Shown here piece by piece: positions 23,321-35,680 of a stretch of DNA of 64,000 bases; the stretch's first letter is position 1; each line of letters starts with the position of its first letter. A program made the translations under genes and the position numbers. The stretch is from Lama guanicoe (lineage: Eukaryota). Location of the stretch: NCBI GenBank assembly GCA_013239625.1, contig MU055657.1, forward strand, positions 17,158,969-17,222,968, read 5' to 3'. The notes beneath the pieces are model-generated. The model saw only the letters and a program-made list of their open reading frames with translations. It made no database searches and was not told the origin of the DNA.

Positions 23321-24949
23321 TTCAAGAAAGAAGGAGGAGGTAGTGAAGAGCGAGGCTGAAAAACTGTAGGGTTTTGCTCTAAATGGGAATAAAAGCTGCA
23401 GATACATGTGATTCATTCATGTGAATATAATCTCTATATGACAAGGAGGTATAAAATCATATATTTTATATATACATACATACATATATAAACATAAGAG
23501 ATACCACTGTGTCTTTTGCTAGCCAATCAAAAAACCGAGTGCAAACCTTGAAACTCCTCTGTAAATTATTTGAAGTAGACGTAAAGGTCATTGGAGAATG
23601 TGCTAAATAACTAGGTTTTTCTGTGCTGAACAGAAGAGATATGAAGACCGCTAATTACATTTGAGTATGTCTAAAACTCACATCATTTCTCCAGTTGATG
23701 AATTTAGGAAAGAAGGCACAAAGGAAAACTATAAAAATAGCCATTCTTAGGTTCTTTGTTGGCTCTGTAAAGGCTAAATAGACGTCAATGAAGTCTTTTT
23801 GTCCAGAGAGTTAAAGGATCCCTCAGGCTTCCTTGAACTTGTAGATGGACTGTATATGCAATGGTTATCTATATTTTTGCCTCCATGAAATGAGAAAATG
23901 TACTCTATGCTAGTTGCTTCTGTTTCTATGAATTTTTAGTGAGATTTCCACCTTAGTAGCAACACTCTTTTTGTATGTGCATTAGGATGAAGATGGCTGA
24001 AAAAAATCCAAGGCTTAAAATGTACACAATTTTATTTAACTATAAACTGTTATATTTTTATATTCTTATATTTCACATTTGAGATTGTCATCTCTTCTGC
24101 CCTCTGCTGATGGGATTTGCTCATATGAATTTTAAAACCTGCTGTCTCTTTTGTGTACCAGTTAAGTTAGGAAAGGATTTTCAGTTTAAAGCTAAATTAT
24201 GCAGCTTTTTCATTTTTCCCTAATTATATAGTTTTTAATAAAAAACTGAGGAGTCTAGTGTATCACAATTATGAGAAAAACTGTAACTGGGTTAAATATA
24301 TTTTCTACTCTTCTCTCAAATCTAGCAAATATCACAATCACTATGAATGAGTTTGAAGTGATGATTTCAAATCATTTTCATAATTTCATTATCTGACATA
24401 TGATTTAAAATCAGTATATAATAATAAAAAGAAAAGAGGGATTAAGGCTATACTTTGTGCTTGTCATGTGGGCTGCATAAATTGTAACTTAAAATCTACT
24501 GGATTTCATATGCCTAACTTTGATAAGAGAAACAAAGCAAAATGAAAAACGAAGTATGGCATGCATGCTTCTTTTTCCAGATAGCATACACCTTCAGTGA
24601 TTTGTACAATAAGAGGTGTTTTGTTCCTGTGCATTTAATGTTTGTTCTCTTGTTTCCAGTTATTTTTCAGTTCTGTATCTTCTTTAGGCCTCGTTTTTGT
24701 GGTAACTTGATCGAATATTTTTCTGCCATTAAAAAAAGTAAAGAAACTTTAACTTCATAAAAAAAATCACATTTTTCTTACAAGGATAATGCATCCAGCA
24801 ATAAAATAAGTATATTCTGAAGCTGTTTAAAAAATTTTTGTAATGTTGAGAAGTCTTTGTTTCAAATGTTCATAGGTTTTGAAGTGACATAAATTGTCTT
24901 TAAAGTTGAAAATAAAACTAAATGTATAATAAATTCCTATCAAGGGTAT

Positions 24950-25170
24950 AACAGTAGTCCTTTAGCATACAAATACGGTTTTAAATCCCAGCTCAGCAAG
25001 TATCTATGTCTTTATTCTTTGGAAAGTTATTTCTCTTCTCTGTGCCTCAATGTTCTCCATGACAGAGGTGATAACGCCTACCCCAATGAACTGACATAAA
25101 TACTTAATGAAATAATACAGGCAAATTACATGTGACATACTTTGATACATAATGAGTGTCTTGAAAATAT
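24950..25170 (+). mobile_element. MIR SINE
   Basis: 'ggttttaaatcccagctc..ttggaaagttatttctcttctctgtgcctcaatgttctcc..gataacgcctacc'. Confidence 0.7.
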
Positions 25171-25484
25171 ATTCACTGTAATAACAAAAAGAATAAATGC
25201 TTAACTAGGGCAAGATAATCTTAAGAAAGCAAGACATAATTAAGCAAATAACATAGGGCTTAAAATTTATACACACATCCATGTTGCCAACTCAGTTACA
25301 TCTGAATGGGTTTGTATTTGAAATTAATTCTTTAGGAGACTATAACAAAAAAATTATATCAGAATATTATTTTAATAAAATATTCAGTATGTTCAGGATT
25401 AGCCTTTCCTTATGCAGAAAAGTTGTTTTTAAAATCCAACTGCCATGATAGATTATTTTCTGATGACACAGAAAACGACAAATT

Positions 25485-26090
25485 TGTTTATTTAAGATAC
25501 ATTCAAGAGTTTACTATGTGTTAGGCATGATGTAATACACTGGGTATATATTGGTGAATGAAACAAAGCCTGTCTCCTTATAAAGTTTAGTTTGATGGAA
25601 CTCAGGATGGAGAGACAAACAAAAAGGAAGTAAATCAACAAAACTGAATGTCATTAAAACTCTTTAAATTGCCTTGGTTAAAAATGGCAGTTGTTGAGAT
25701 AGAGATGAATAGAGTGGGAGAGAGCAAGGCTTCTTAAAGGAGTCAAACTAGACAAAGGTCAGAAGAAGAAATAATATGTTAAAATGAGAATCAAAGAATG
25801 AGGAAAAGCCAGCCATGTGTAGGAAAAAAATGTGAACGGTGAATGCAAAGGTCTAAAATGGTTGAGTATGAGTGCTTCAGAAATTGAAAGTAAACTAATT
25901 TTTTGCAGCACATTAAAGAGGAGAGTCATTTGAAGTAATGTTGGAAAGGTAATGAGAAGGAATCATGGAGTGCATTACAGACTGTGTTAGGGAATCTGTA
26001 TTTTATTTTCAGGGCCATGGAAAGTTACTGATTAATTTTAATCACAAATTAATAAGATTAGATTTATATTTTACAAGGATCACTTTGACT
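25485..26090 (-). mobile_element. L2 3' end, antisense
   Basis: 'gagtttactatgtgttaggca..ctgggtatatattggtgaatgaaacaaa', 'gccagccatgtg' and 'aggatcactttgactg'. Confidence 0.7.
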
Positions 26091-26400
26091 GTTAAGTAGA
26101 GGACTAAGTTCTGTACTCTTTTGAAAAAACTTTGATAATGACAAAGTGGTGTTTGTGTGTATATGTGTGTGTGTGTGTTTCTGTGTGTGTGTGTGAACTA
26201 AAACTACACTACAAAACAAGGGAAGGATATTTGTTGGTTTAATACCTATACTGTCTAAATTAGTTATTTCCACTCCTGGAAAGGCTCATTAACATCTTAA
26301 AGACCCTAATTAGAAGTCTATACAGTGGGGACTCCTCTGCTTAGCCCTTTACATGAAGATATCTATGTTTACAACAGGGTAGTTATTTTTAATATTCAGG

Positions 26401-26589
26401 TTTTTTTTTTTTTACTTTTTAGGTTGAAGTATAGTTGATTTACAATGTTGTATTAGTTTCTAGTGCACAGCATAGTGATTCAGTTGCATATGTATATATT
26501 TCTTTTTCATATACTTTTTTATTATAGGCTGATATAAGGTATTGAATATAGTTCCCTGTGCTATACAGTAGAGTCTTGTTGTTTATCAG
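26401..26589 (-). mobile_element. Cetartiodactyl-type L1 3' end with poly(A) tail
   Basis: Poly-T then 'ttgaagtatagttgatttacaatgttgtattagtttctagtgcacagcatagtgattcagtt..tattgaatatagttccctgtgctatacagtag'. Confidence 0.85.
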
Positions 26590-26929
26590 TTTTTTTAAAA
26601 CTTTTAAAGAACTTTTTGAAAAAGAGTATACCACTTTGCTCATTTAAAATTACATTTCAGATATTTTTTGCAGAAATTTAAGTATTGACAAAGTATAATT
26701 TTACTGTATTATGGTGGCATTTAAAAAATAAGACACTGGCATTTCCAAATTAAATGACTTCTAAAAAATAAAGCAAAGAGACTCTAAGTATAAGTCATTT
26801 GATATTCTCCATCATCCCCTTAAAAATACCTACAAAAAAGTTCTGTGACAGAAATTTTAAAGATTTTCCTTTATCAATTATTCAATATTTCCATTTACTT
26901 TCCCTACAGAATTCTATCTAAAAATGTCC

Positions 26930-27068
26930 TATGGGTTCTTACAGTGATGAGGGTGCTCTATTAGCATTTAGTGGGCAGAGCTCAGGGATGTTAAATATCT
27001 TGGAATCATGGCAGCATCTTCAACAAAGAACTGTCTCACCCCAAGTTTCCAGTAGCATTGTGAAATGC
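26930..27068. mobile_element. MER20-like hAT fragment
   Basis: 'gcatttagtgggcagagctcagggatgttaaatatc..caacaaagaactgtc'. Confidence 0.55.
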
Positions 27069-27489
27069 AAATGGAATGTTACATTTTAATTTAAGTGATT
27101 CTATCCCTTGGCTCCTGCATGAAGAGCTCCTCACCTCTTGGAGAGAGTTGTAGTGATCCAAGTTTTCTACTAACTTTTCTGAGGGCTGCAACTATTCCTG
27201 ATCTGTTCAGGCACAATCATATAGAAGCCTAGGCTTTCTATTTGGATTTATTCAGTGTTAGTACTTTAGGAAGAATGGCTCCTAAGGACTTAGCACTACA
27301 GCAAGTACTATAATACAAACAAGATCAAGACAGGGTCCTTGCCAGCAGGTGCTCACATGATAGTGGAAACAACAGACATATGATCCAGTCACGGTATCAG
27401 TGTGATAAACACAACAGTTTATAGTAAGTTTAAAATCTAATGGCATTTATGCACTCCACTCCAGTACCCATACATGTAAATGTAAGATC

Positions 27490-27810
27490 TACTCTAGACC
27501 TCAACCAAGGAAGTCAGCAGGAGATGTGTGTTGACTGGGACTCAGGGTTATCAATATTTCAAAACTGTAAATACAACAAAAATATCTGGATATCTGTCTT
27601 CTTTTGAAAATGAAGCAAACACAAAGCAACAAAGTGAATCTGCAAAACAGGTCCAGCTTTACCTCTAGGCAACAACTAACTAGAAATGAGCTTCAGATCC
27701 CTCCTTTAGATAACGTGTGAGTCTCCAGTTTGCCCCAGACCTCCTAAATCCAGCTTCATTCACATGTGTTACCTGACTAATTCCTATAGGTGTTTGATTT
27801 TATGCCTGGT
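27490..27810 (-). mobile_element. MER102-like hAT-Charlie element
   Basis: 'ggcaacaactaactaga..cctttagat..ctccagtttgccccagacc..gcttcattcacatgtgttacctg..ctataggtgtttga'. Confidence 0.65.
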
Positions 27811-27954
27811 CTAGATCTTCAGGGATGACAATACTTTTCTTTGATATCAGTCAACACTGTTGATTGATATTTTGTCCATAACTGCAGATAATCTTTACAT
27901 TATAGATTGCTTATATATTATTACGTCTATATTGTAATCCTGTAACATATGCTT

Positions 27955-28172
27955 GTTAAGAATTTACTTTATGCAGTACATTATGTCTCACATACTGTAA
28001 ATGATTTAATATATGTAAGCAATTCATTATGAGTCAATACTACCTGCCTGATTTCACAGTTTTGAAAACTGAGACTTAAAGGAATTGGCCTATTTGTCTA
28101 AGGTCACAGAAGATGTGATTGAGCAGATATTCTACTGCAAATCTGTCCAACATTCAAAACCTACATCCTTCC
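27955..28172 (-). mobile_element. MIR SINE
   Basis: 'aaaactgagacttaaagga..ttgtctaaggtcacag'. Confidence 0.6.
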
Positions 28173-28399
28173 AATCTGCTTTAAATATTATATATGATTT
28201 AACTTCGTTTTTTTTGTATGTTATAAATAAATTGCAAATCAAAATATCTTTAGGTGGCTAAAATTAATTTCCTGATATAATCAAAAGAGCCCAAATCTCA
28301 ATACTAAGCTTAGCTTTATAAAAATTCTTCAATTTGTAAACATTTTAAACCTATGTGTGCTTCAAAAGACAATAAACCTAAGATTTTATGATTTTCCCT

Positions 28400-28896
28400 T
28401 GTAGGGAAATAAAATTTGTCACTCCAAAATGTCTATTTGGCATGTAAATTATTTCCAGCTGAAAACATTCAAGGCCCAAAAGACTTAAGAAGAAACTTTG
28501 ACATTCCCCCTAATATCATGAAGACTTTAGACAGAGGGTCTATTACAGGAATAGAGCTATTACCAGAGTATCTGCAAGAATATGGGCTAGGTGTGGTGGG
28601 GAAACTCAGAATCCTCTCTGTGTCCCATTGTCTCTGCATAAACCAGAAAATACTTATCAAACATCTGCAATTCCGTCTCCATGTGAATTGCCACTACTCT
28701 CAACATTCTCTTTTGTCTTTAGCTGAAGATGATATCTAAGGTAAGGGCTTCAGCCATTTTGATGAGTTACTCAGTTTTCCTGAGTCTCTTCTGTATGTAC
28801 ATGTCTCTAAACTTTTGTTTTTCTCTGGCTCATGTCAGTTCTTAGGCCAGCAAGAAGAGACCAGGAGGATTTAGGGAAATGTCTTTCTCCCTGACA
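28400..28896 (+). mobile_element. ERV1 solo LTR (MER34/MER39-like)
   Basis: 'tgtaggga'...'ccctgaca' flanked by a perfect 4-bp TSD CCCT (28396-28399, 28897-28900). Motifs 'tttgtctttagctgaagatgatat' and 'gttactcagttttcctg'. Confidence 0.88.
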
Positions 28897-28929
28897 CCCT
28901 ATTAAGACATAATAATACCACTTATTCCC

Positions 28930-29370
28930 TTTCTTCATTGAACAATGATTAAACACATGCAATTTATTAGGCACTAAACTTGGCACTGGATGGAGTAAGA
29001 CCACAGAACAGAATTCTCAGAGAAATTAAGTTCCTACTGAGGAAATGGAAAATGATGAAAAATACAACCTAAAAACAGAACGAAATGCCAGGCCATCATA
29101 AGAGCTAAGAACCAAATAAAGGATGGTTGTAATGTTGTGGTCTGTCTTAGAAACTGTTGTCTGGGCAGGACAAGATGGCATCTGAAAAGAGATTCTAGTG
29201 AAACAAAGTCACAAATGGCATGGAATCCTTAAAAAGGCACTTTAAGTAGAGGGAAAAGACTTCCCTGAAATGGGAACAAGTTTAGAGTACTAGGGCAAAA
29301 CTCAGGAGTCCAGCATGGTTCAGAGTGGCTGGAGGGGCAGAATAATGGTAAGAGGTCAGATCAGCCTGGT
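28930..29370 (-). mobile_element. L2 3' fragment
   Basis: 'ttcattgaacaatgatt..ttattaggcactaaacttggcactgga' and 'agaggtcaga'. Confidence 0.55.
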
Positions 29371-32300
29371 TGCCTGTGGGCAAAATGTGTTATTAATGCA
29401 GGATGACATCTTTTTACTCCTAAGGTATTCTGTTGAGATCCTGGTTCCCTACTAATGTTCTGTGTCCTATGAGCCATGAGGGAGTAAAAAAGATTTTTCT
29501 GATTCATTTGTTTAGAAGGTGATCCTGTGCATGCACTAGTTATGTCCTTCTCTGTCTTTTTCTTTCTTGAAAAATAGTCTTATCTGCAGTCAGCCTGTCT
29601 TGTCCATTTCTCTATGCCAGGAGTAAAGGGGGAATATCGATAGGGGTGGAATGATACAGTTTTGGAGTGTATGCTCAAATATCAGTGATAAGATTCTCAT
29701 GATATTTTTGTTGTATGCATGATGAGAAATCAATGCAAGTTTTATTTTTAAATGATCCACTTAACCCTGATTATTAAAAACAAACAAACAAACAAATTCC
29801 AAGAAAGGAACTCAGAAATGTGCTAAGGTAAAAGACCCCAAATGTGAAAAGATGGACATTCTCTGATCTAGCTACAACATAATACCTTGTTAAAAGATTA
29901 AAAAGGCACTTTTTTTGAGATAAGGCTATTATTACCTTTCTACCAATAGAGTGGAGCATTTGACAGTAGCTCTGCTAAAACAAGTACAAGTAATGATTTT
30001 CTCTTCTTTAGAGCTTTAGAGCAAGAGCTCTTGTTAGAGAAAGAAAGATACCAAACATTTAGAGGCGTAAAATATCCTCTTCATGCCATGTAAGATTCCA
30101 TCTCTTTCAGTTACTTAAAGGAAAAGACATTGAACATAGATCCAAACTGTGTAGGAGTTCATTAGCACATGAACTTGACTCAATATAGCTTTACCACTTA
30201 TCTGTCTGGTATTCTAAGCAAGAGGAAGATAAGGCTCTTGCCTATTATGTTTTCAACAATAAGCCCATAACCTAGTACTATGTCTGTAATATTGAACACA
30301 TTGTTGCTACATGAATCAATAATATTGTGCTTGTGTGAGGAGGAAATCTGGTTTAGCATCTGTTTCATTGTCCTAGTATGATGTATGCATAACAATTTGC
30401 ATATGGAAATAAGTGGCTATTATGCTTTGCTTCCTGCGTTTTATGTTTAAACTGTAAATGTTATATATAATATTAATATTTCATATATTTTAGAGGGATC
30501 TGTGGGTATATTAATTTTTGACAAACAGAAATCTCTATACACATTTAGAACATAAATTTTGGAAGAATGGCTCCCTTAGTGATGCCTGAAGACGGCTCAC
30601 TTGTTGGTGATGGAAAACTATTTCCCAAAAGCACCTTTAACCCAGATTCCCTGTCTAAAAACACAAAAGGTGTATGTTAACAATAATTCACACACAGAAA
30701 AATCAATCAAACGTTTTAGAAGAACAAGCAAGTGAAATAAATGTCTTAGCAATAAAGGTATATCTAAATCAGGTTTGAAAGCAATAGACCATGTTGCAGG
30801 TTGTAGTCTATTTCAGCCAGACTTTTTGTAGTAGTGAATTCACAACACTAATGCTATCCAACACTTTCAGCTTTAATTTATATGAGTTACTTTTATTTTA
30901 TCAATACATAAAATCTACTTTTCAAGACCTAGAAGAAATATAACTTCTTTCCTATAGCTATTCCTCTTTCCCCATTTGTTTATATCATTTTTCATGTTGT
31001 TTGCTTCTCTATATTTGGACATGCTTCGCTTATTACATATTATAAAAATTTAATCCACTATATAATGAATCATTTTTCTCTCCAAACCCTCTCCCATTCC
31101 CACACCATACTGAAAGCGTGCACAGGTTATTCTCAGTCTTACTCACTTCTTTTTCTCATCTCTCATAATCCCAGAACTTTATAGAAGCCAAAATAAGTTG
31201 GTTGGATTTAATGATCTGTGAAAAAAGAAAACAGGAAAAATTAAATAATGCTAGTTTTGATGCTAATAAAATAAAAATAATAACTAAACATTTACATGAC
31301 TATAAGAATTGCAATCAGATCTATAATGTTAAAAAATCAAAATAATTAAATTCTTTATGTGTTAGCCATAATATCAAGCATTTACATGATTATTTTAGGT
31401 CAAAATATTCAATATAAATCTACTAGGGTTTTAATCACATCACACTATTTACACTGGCTTGACAAAAGAAAGCTTTCAATACATTTCACTACAATGAGTT
31501 TGGTCCAGTCTCTGACACTATCTAGCATACAGTTTTACCTTTTTTATCATTCATTCTTTATCTATCTCCTCCTCCCTTGTATTAACTTTGCTTTATCCTC
31601 CTTATATACCATATCACTAAAATAATCTCAGGGAAAGTCAAATTAAAATCTGATTTTATCATAGTAAAATATGAGGCCCACATTTCAATGCATAAAGCAC
31701 ATATGATATTAATGTAAAATTGACTAAGGAATGTAATCTGTAACCAATCCTTGTTAATGATGAGTTATCAGACTAGAAATCGGAATCCATTACATTTTTT
31801 TTAAATATCAGGAAAGGTCATCATATATGAGTCAATCACTGGACATGCACTTCAAAATATTCATAGAATTACATTTTGAGAATATTAAAATCATAAGTGT
31901 TTAATCCTGCCATTTTGTTAATGGAGCAAGAGATACTGGATACGTCTTTGGGTTGCCAAATCATAGATTTTTAGAATTTTAAAGATTGTACAGAATTTTA
32001 ATAAAATTACTTTACACCACAGAGAAGGAAACTGGAGTCTGGCCATGTTCAGTCTCTTGCACATTATTCTCTAAGTAGTGTATGAGATAGGTCTAGAGCC
32101 TTAGATCTAGAACTCTTCTTATCATCATAGGGTTGTTTTGAGAACAATTCTTTTAGTGTATTTTTCAAAAATAGAAATGATTATTATAAAATATTTTTTA
32201 AAAACAGATAAAGTATGTAGAATGTTCCAAAATTACCCATTCAGATATTATAATAGTCTACGTTTAATATTTTTTCCAATGGTATTTTGTTTTGATAAGA

Positions 32301-32962
32301 CAAGCTACATTTTCCTGTCCCTTGAGAGAGAAACATTTTTTTGCATTTCCCTCAGGATGGGTTATCGGGTCCCAAAAACTATCTATGTTGACTTATTTGA
32401 GTCTAGAATTCACATCTTACTCTGTTTTACCCTGAATTTATGTTGGCACATCTGGCCAATCTCAGGCTGGCAGTAATGGAGTTTGGCAGAAGTAGAGTAT
32501 TTAAAAATAGTTGGCACAAAGCCACTAATTAAACCAGAAAAAGAGTACTATCTGGCTACATAACTATAAGTAAATAAAATTTAAAACACTTTATTTTAAG
32601 GATGATAAATGAGTAGGTAGTTCTACAACAGATAATTCTTTAAAAAAAATTTATTCTTCTAAAGTCCTTGCTTACATCATTAAAAGTAGGCTTTGTGTTT
32701 AGGTGAGATTTTAAAAAAGTATTAATGTGTCCCAATTTGGGGGACATTAAAATTTAAAGCCCTGAAAGCAGTAACAAGTCTCAGACATAAAATCAAACAT
32801 GCAAAAGACAGCTCATATTTATAGTAATACAGACATATGATCGATGTTACACCCCACAAACATGGTCATATAAATTATTTGGAGGTGATGACTTAGGCAT
32901 GATAAATCAAGCTATAAATCACCATTTTCCAGACTACATTTGAAATGTTGTTACTGTGAAGG

Positions 32963-32998
32963 AAAATTCATGATAAAATTCATGATAAAATTCATGAT
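32963..32998. repeat. 12-bp unit x3 (aaaattcatgat)
   Basis: Directly visible perfect triplication. Confidence 0.95.
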
Positions 32999-34885
32999 CT
33001 CTTATCTCATGAATGATATCTCTGAAAGAGAATGATTTTAAATGCTTAATCTTGTGTTTCTAAAATCAACACTTTAATTTACTTATATAAAATTAAGTCT
33101 TGTAGCATCAATCAAAAACTTCAGAAAGTCCTTTAAATGTTTACTCAATGTAAAATGAATGGATCTCTAATTCTCCTACTGAAAGTACAGTATGTTATGA
33201 TTTTTGGATAATCCTGCAAACTCTTAAGTAAATCTAATTTAAGGGAGATACATTCACTCAACAATATTTTGGAATACCTACCTGAACCAGAAATTAGGTT
33301 ATGGCCACAGGCATATTGGCAAACAATACAGACTTTGTCCTTTCTGACTTTTTTGGAGTTTACTGCAGAGAAGGCTGTCTTAGTAGTAACATGATAACCA
33401 CCAATCTAGACCTTCCCTCAGAATGCTTCTCTTAATTAAATCCTCTACCTTTCTATAGTGTGATTATCTAAGCAGTTGTTAAATGTATTAATATCTTTAT
33501 GATGTTTGTTATTGTTCTTTGCACCTCTCCAAGGAAATTTCTAAAATTTAAGCAGGCAGGGAGTCAGTAAATTCCAAATTTTTTTTTTTCTTAACAGGGA
33601 ATGATTTATAAAAAAGGATATTTTTAGTCCTTTGCAATAATAAAACAGAATACTGCTGTCACTTTCAGAAATGAGGAAGCCAGACAACTACTGGAGTTGC
33701 TATAATGTTGGGAGAAAAAGAAAGAAACAATAGAAGGGGCACATTAACTCAAGCTGTCGTATAACTGTTACATATGGGGTCCAGAGGACCTGTTTCTGTA
33801 GGATAAAGTAAGGACTCTATGGCCCCATACGGTATTTAAACCCAAATACAGAGAGGGACACTTGTAAACTGGCAAAAAAAAGTAAAGGAAAAATATGGAT
33901 TTTCTTTGACCCAGCTGAAGAAACACGGATAAAATAAACCAACATGTCAATATAGTCTATAATTCTAAGGTATATACCATTAATAGTGTTGAAAGATATT
34001 AAGATAGATAGTTGAGATTTGATGGGAAAATGTTTTAGATAAAAGTAAAGCTGACAACAGCAAAGCACACCTTCAAGTCTCTTTCAATGTAAGTGAAACC
34101 TTTAACCCATAAAATTCATGTGTTACTTTTAGGGACCATAGATGACATCAGTCACCATAACTTGAGTGGCCTCTGCACCTACTCTGTACCTCTTTGTTAC
34201 TCAGTCACTAAGGCGAATAGATGTGTGAGAAAGGAAAGTGGCATCTGTGAACACAAAATGTTATTTGAGATTCATGCAAATGGAGAGGATATTAGGATCA
34301 CTGTCTTTAAATATTTTGAAAACAGGTTGTGTATTGAAAGAAAGTTAAAATGAAAAATTACCCCCAAAGAAGCTTTCCTTCTTTTTCCTTCTCATTGTTT
34401 TTATTTTCCTCTTTTGTCCTATTCCAGAGGCTAATGATGGAAACTCAGAGAAAATCCTTAAACAGCAGTTTCTCAGATACACACACACATCAACAATACA
34501 ATTTTCTTATTAGATTATAAAGCAAATACTAGGCAACCTATACAGTATTTGGGGGAAATAATAGTCTATGACTTGAAATAGATAAAACAGAGCCACAGAA
34601 TTTTAAACTAATACAGCATAATAAACAGAATGACTGATTACAGAATAAATACTGCTTCAATCAGGTTCACTTAGGAAACATAAAGGGAATGGGTTAGCAT
34701 TTTGTTAATTTAATAGGCTAATTGAATTAGTGAATTTTAATCATGTACTTTTTGTTTTATTTATCTTTAGTAATTAACCACAATAACAGATGAAAAAATG
34801 TATAATTTAGGTTTTTCTTCCTCCTGAAATTATAAAAATTTAGGACACAAAGACCTGTGGCCAAGATTATAATGTCTCCCCCAAT

Positions 34886-35059
34886 GGGATTGCCAGATAA
34901 AATAAATGACACTCAGTTAAATTTGAATTTCAGATAAACAACAACGACACATTTTAGTATATCCCAAATATTGTATGGAATACTTACAATAGAAAAGCTA
35001 TTTGATACTAGGCTCAAATTTAAATTTAACTGGGCACTCTTACTAAACTCTAGCATCCT
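34886..35059. mobile_element. MER53 palindromic MITE
   Basis: 'gggattgccagataaaata..cagttaaatttgaatttcagataaacaac..tcccaaatattgtatggaatactta..aaatttaactgggc..ctagcatcctt'. Confidence 0.85.
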
Positions 35060-35429
35060 TATTCTGTAATCTTCAAGGCTTTATATTTGTGTTCCAAATG
35101 CATGCTTTTCTATTTACATTAAGCTGAAATAAATATACTGGTTCAGAATTTGTAACTATGCCCTTGTAGATGAATTTTCCACTATTCCTAAATATCAAGG
35201 CGGAAATAAAGAGGAAAAGGAATCAGAGGTTTTATCTTTAACATGTGAAATACTCCTGAGGTGTGAGTATTGGGAATGGTGGGAGTACATAGTGAACATC
35301 AGATGAGAAATAAATTACAAGGTGCAGCTTTATACACAGACATTATGACATCTTTTCTACAATCTTAATCAACAGAAAAAATTATTTCCTAAACTCAGCC
35401 ATTTTCTCTCCAAAGAATCACAAGTTCTT

Positions 35430-35680
35430 TGTTTGTAATGAAATCACATTGGCCCCGTGTTCTAATGCATGAAAACGAAAATGCGCATGCCATCAATGTG
35501 GCTATTAAGTAAAGGAATTTCCCCTCAGTGGAATTCATTTTGTTTTTTTGTTTGTTATGAATGAACAAATAGGTCTTTGTGAACTGAATTGGCACAGCCA
35601 GAGATTACTGCTAAACCTTTTTTTGTGTTTGCAGTACATCCATTGTGAAGACTGGAAGCTACAATTTGTTTGCATGTCTT
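35430..35680. promoter_or_regulatory. Candidate enhancer-like non-repetitive element
   Basis: NF-kB-type 'ggaatttcccc' (35514-35524), NRF1-like 'tgcgcatgc' (35482-35490), several SOX-like sites (aacaaa, ctttgt, cattgt), and CpGs in CpG-poor DNA. Motif matches only. Confidence 0.3.
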
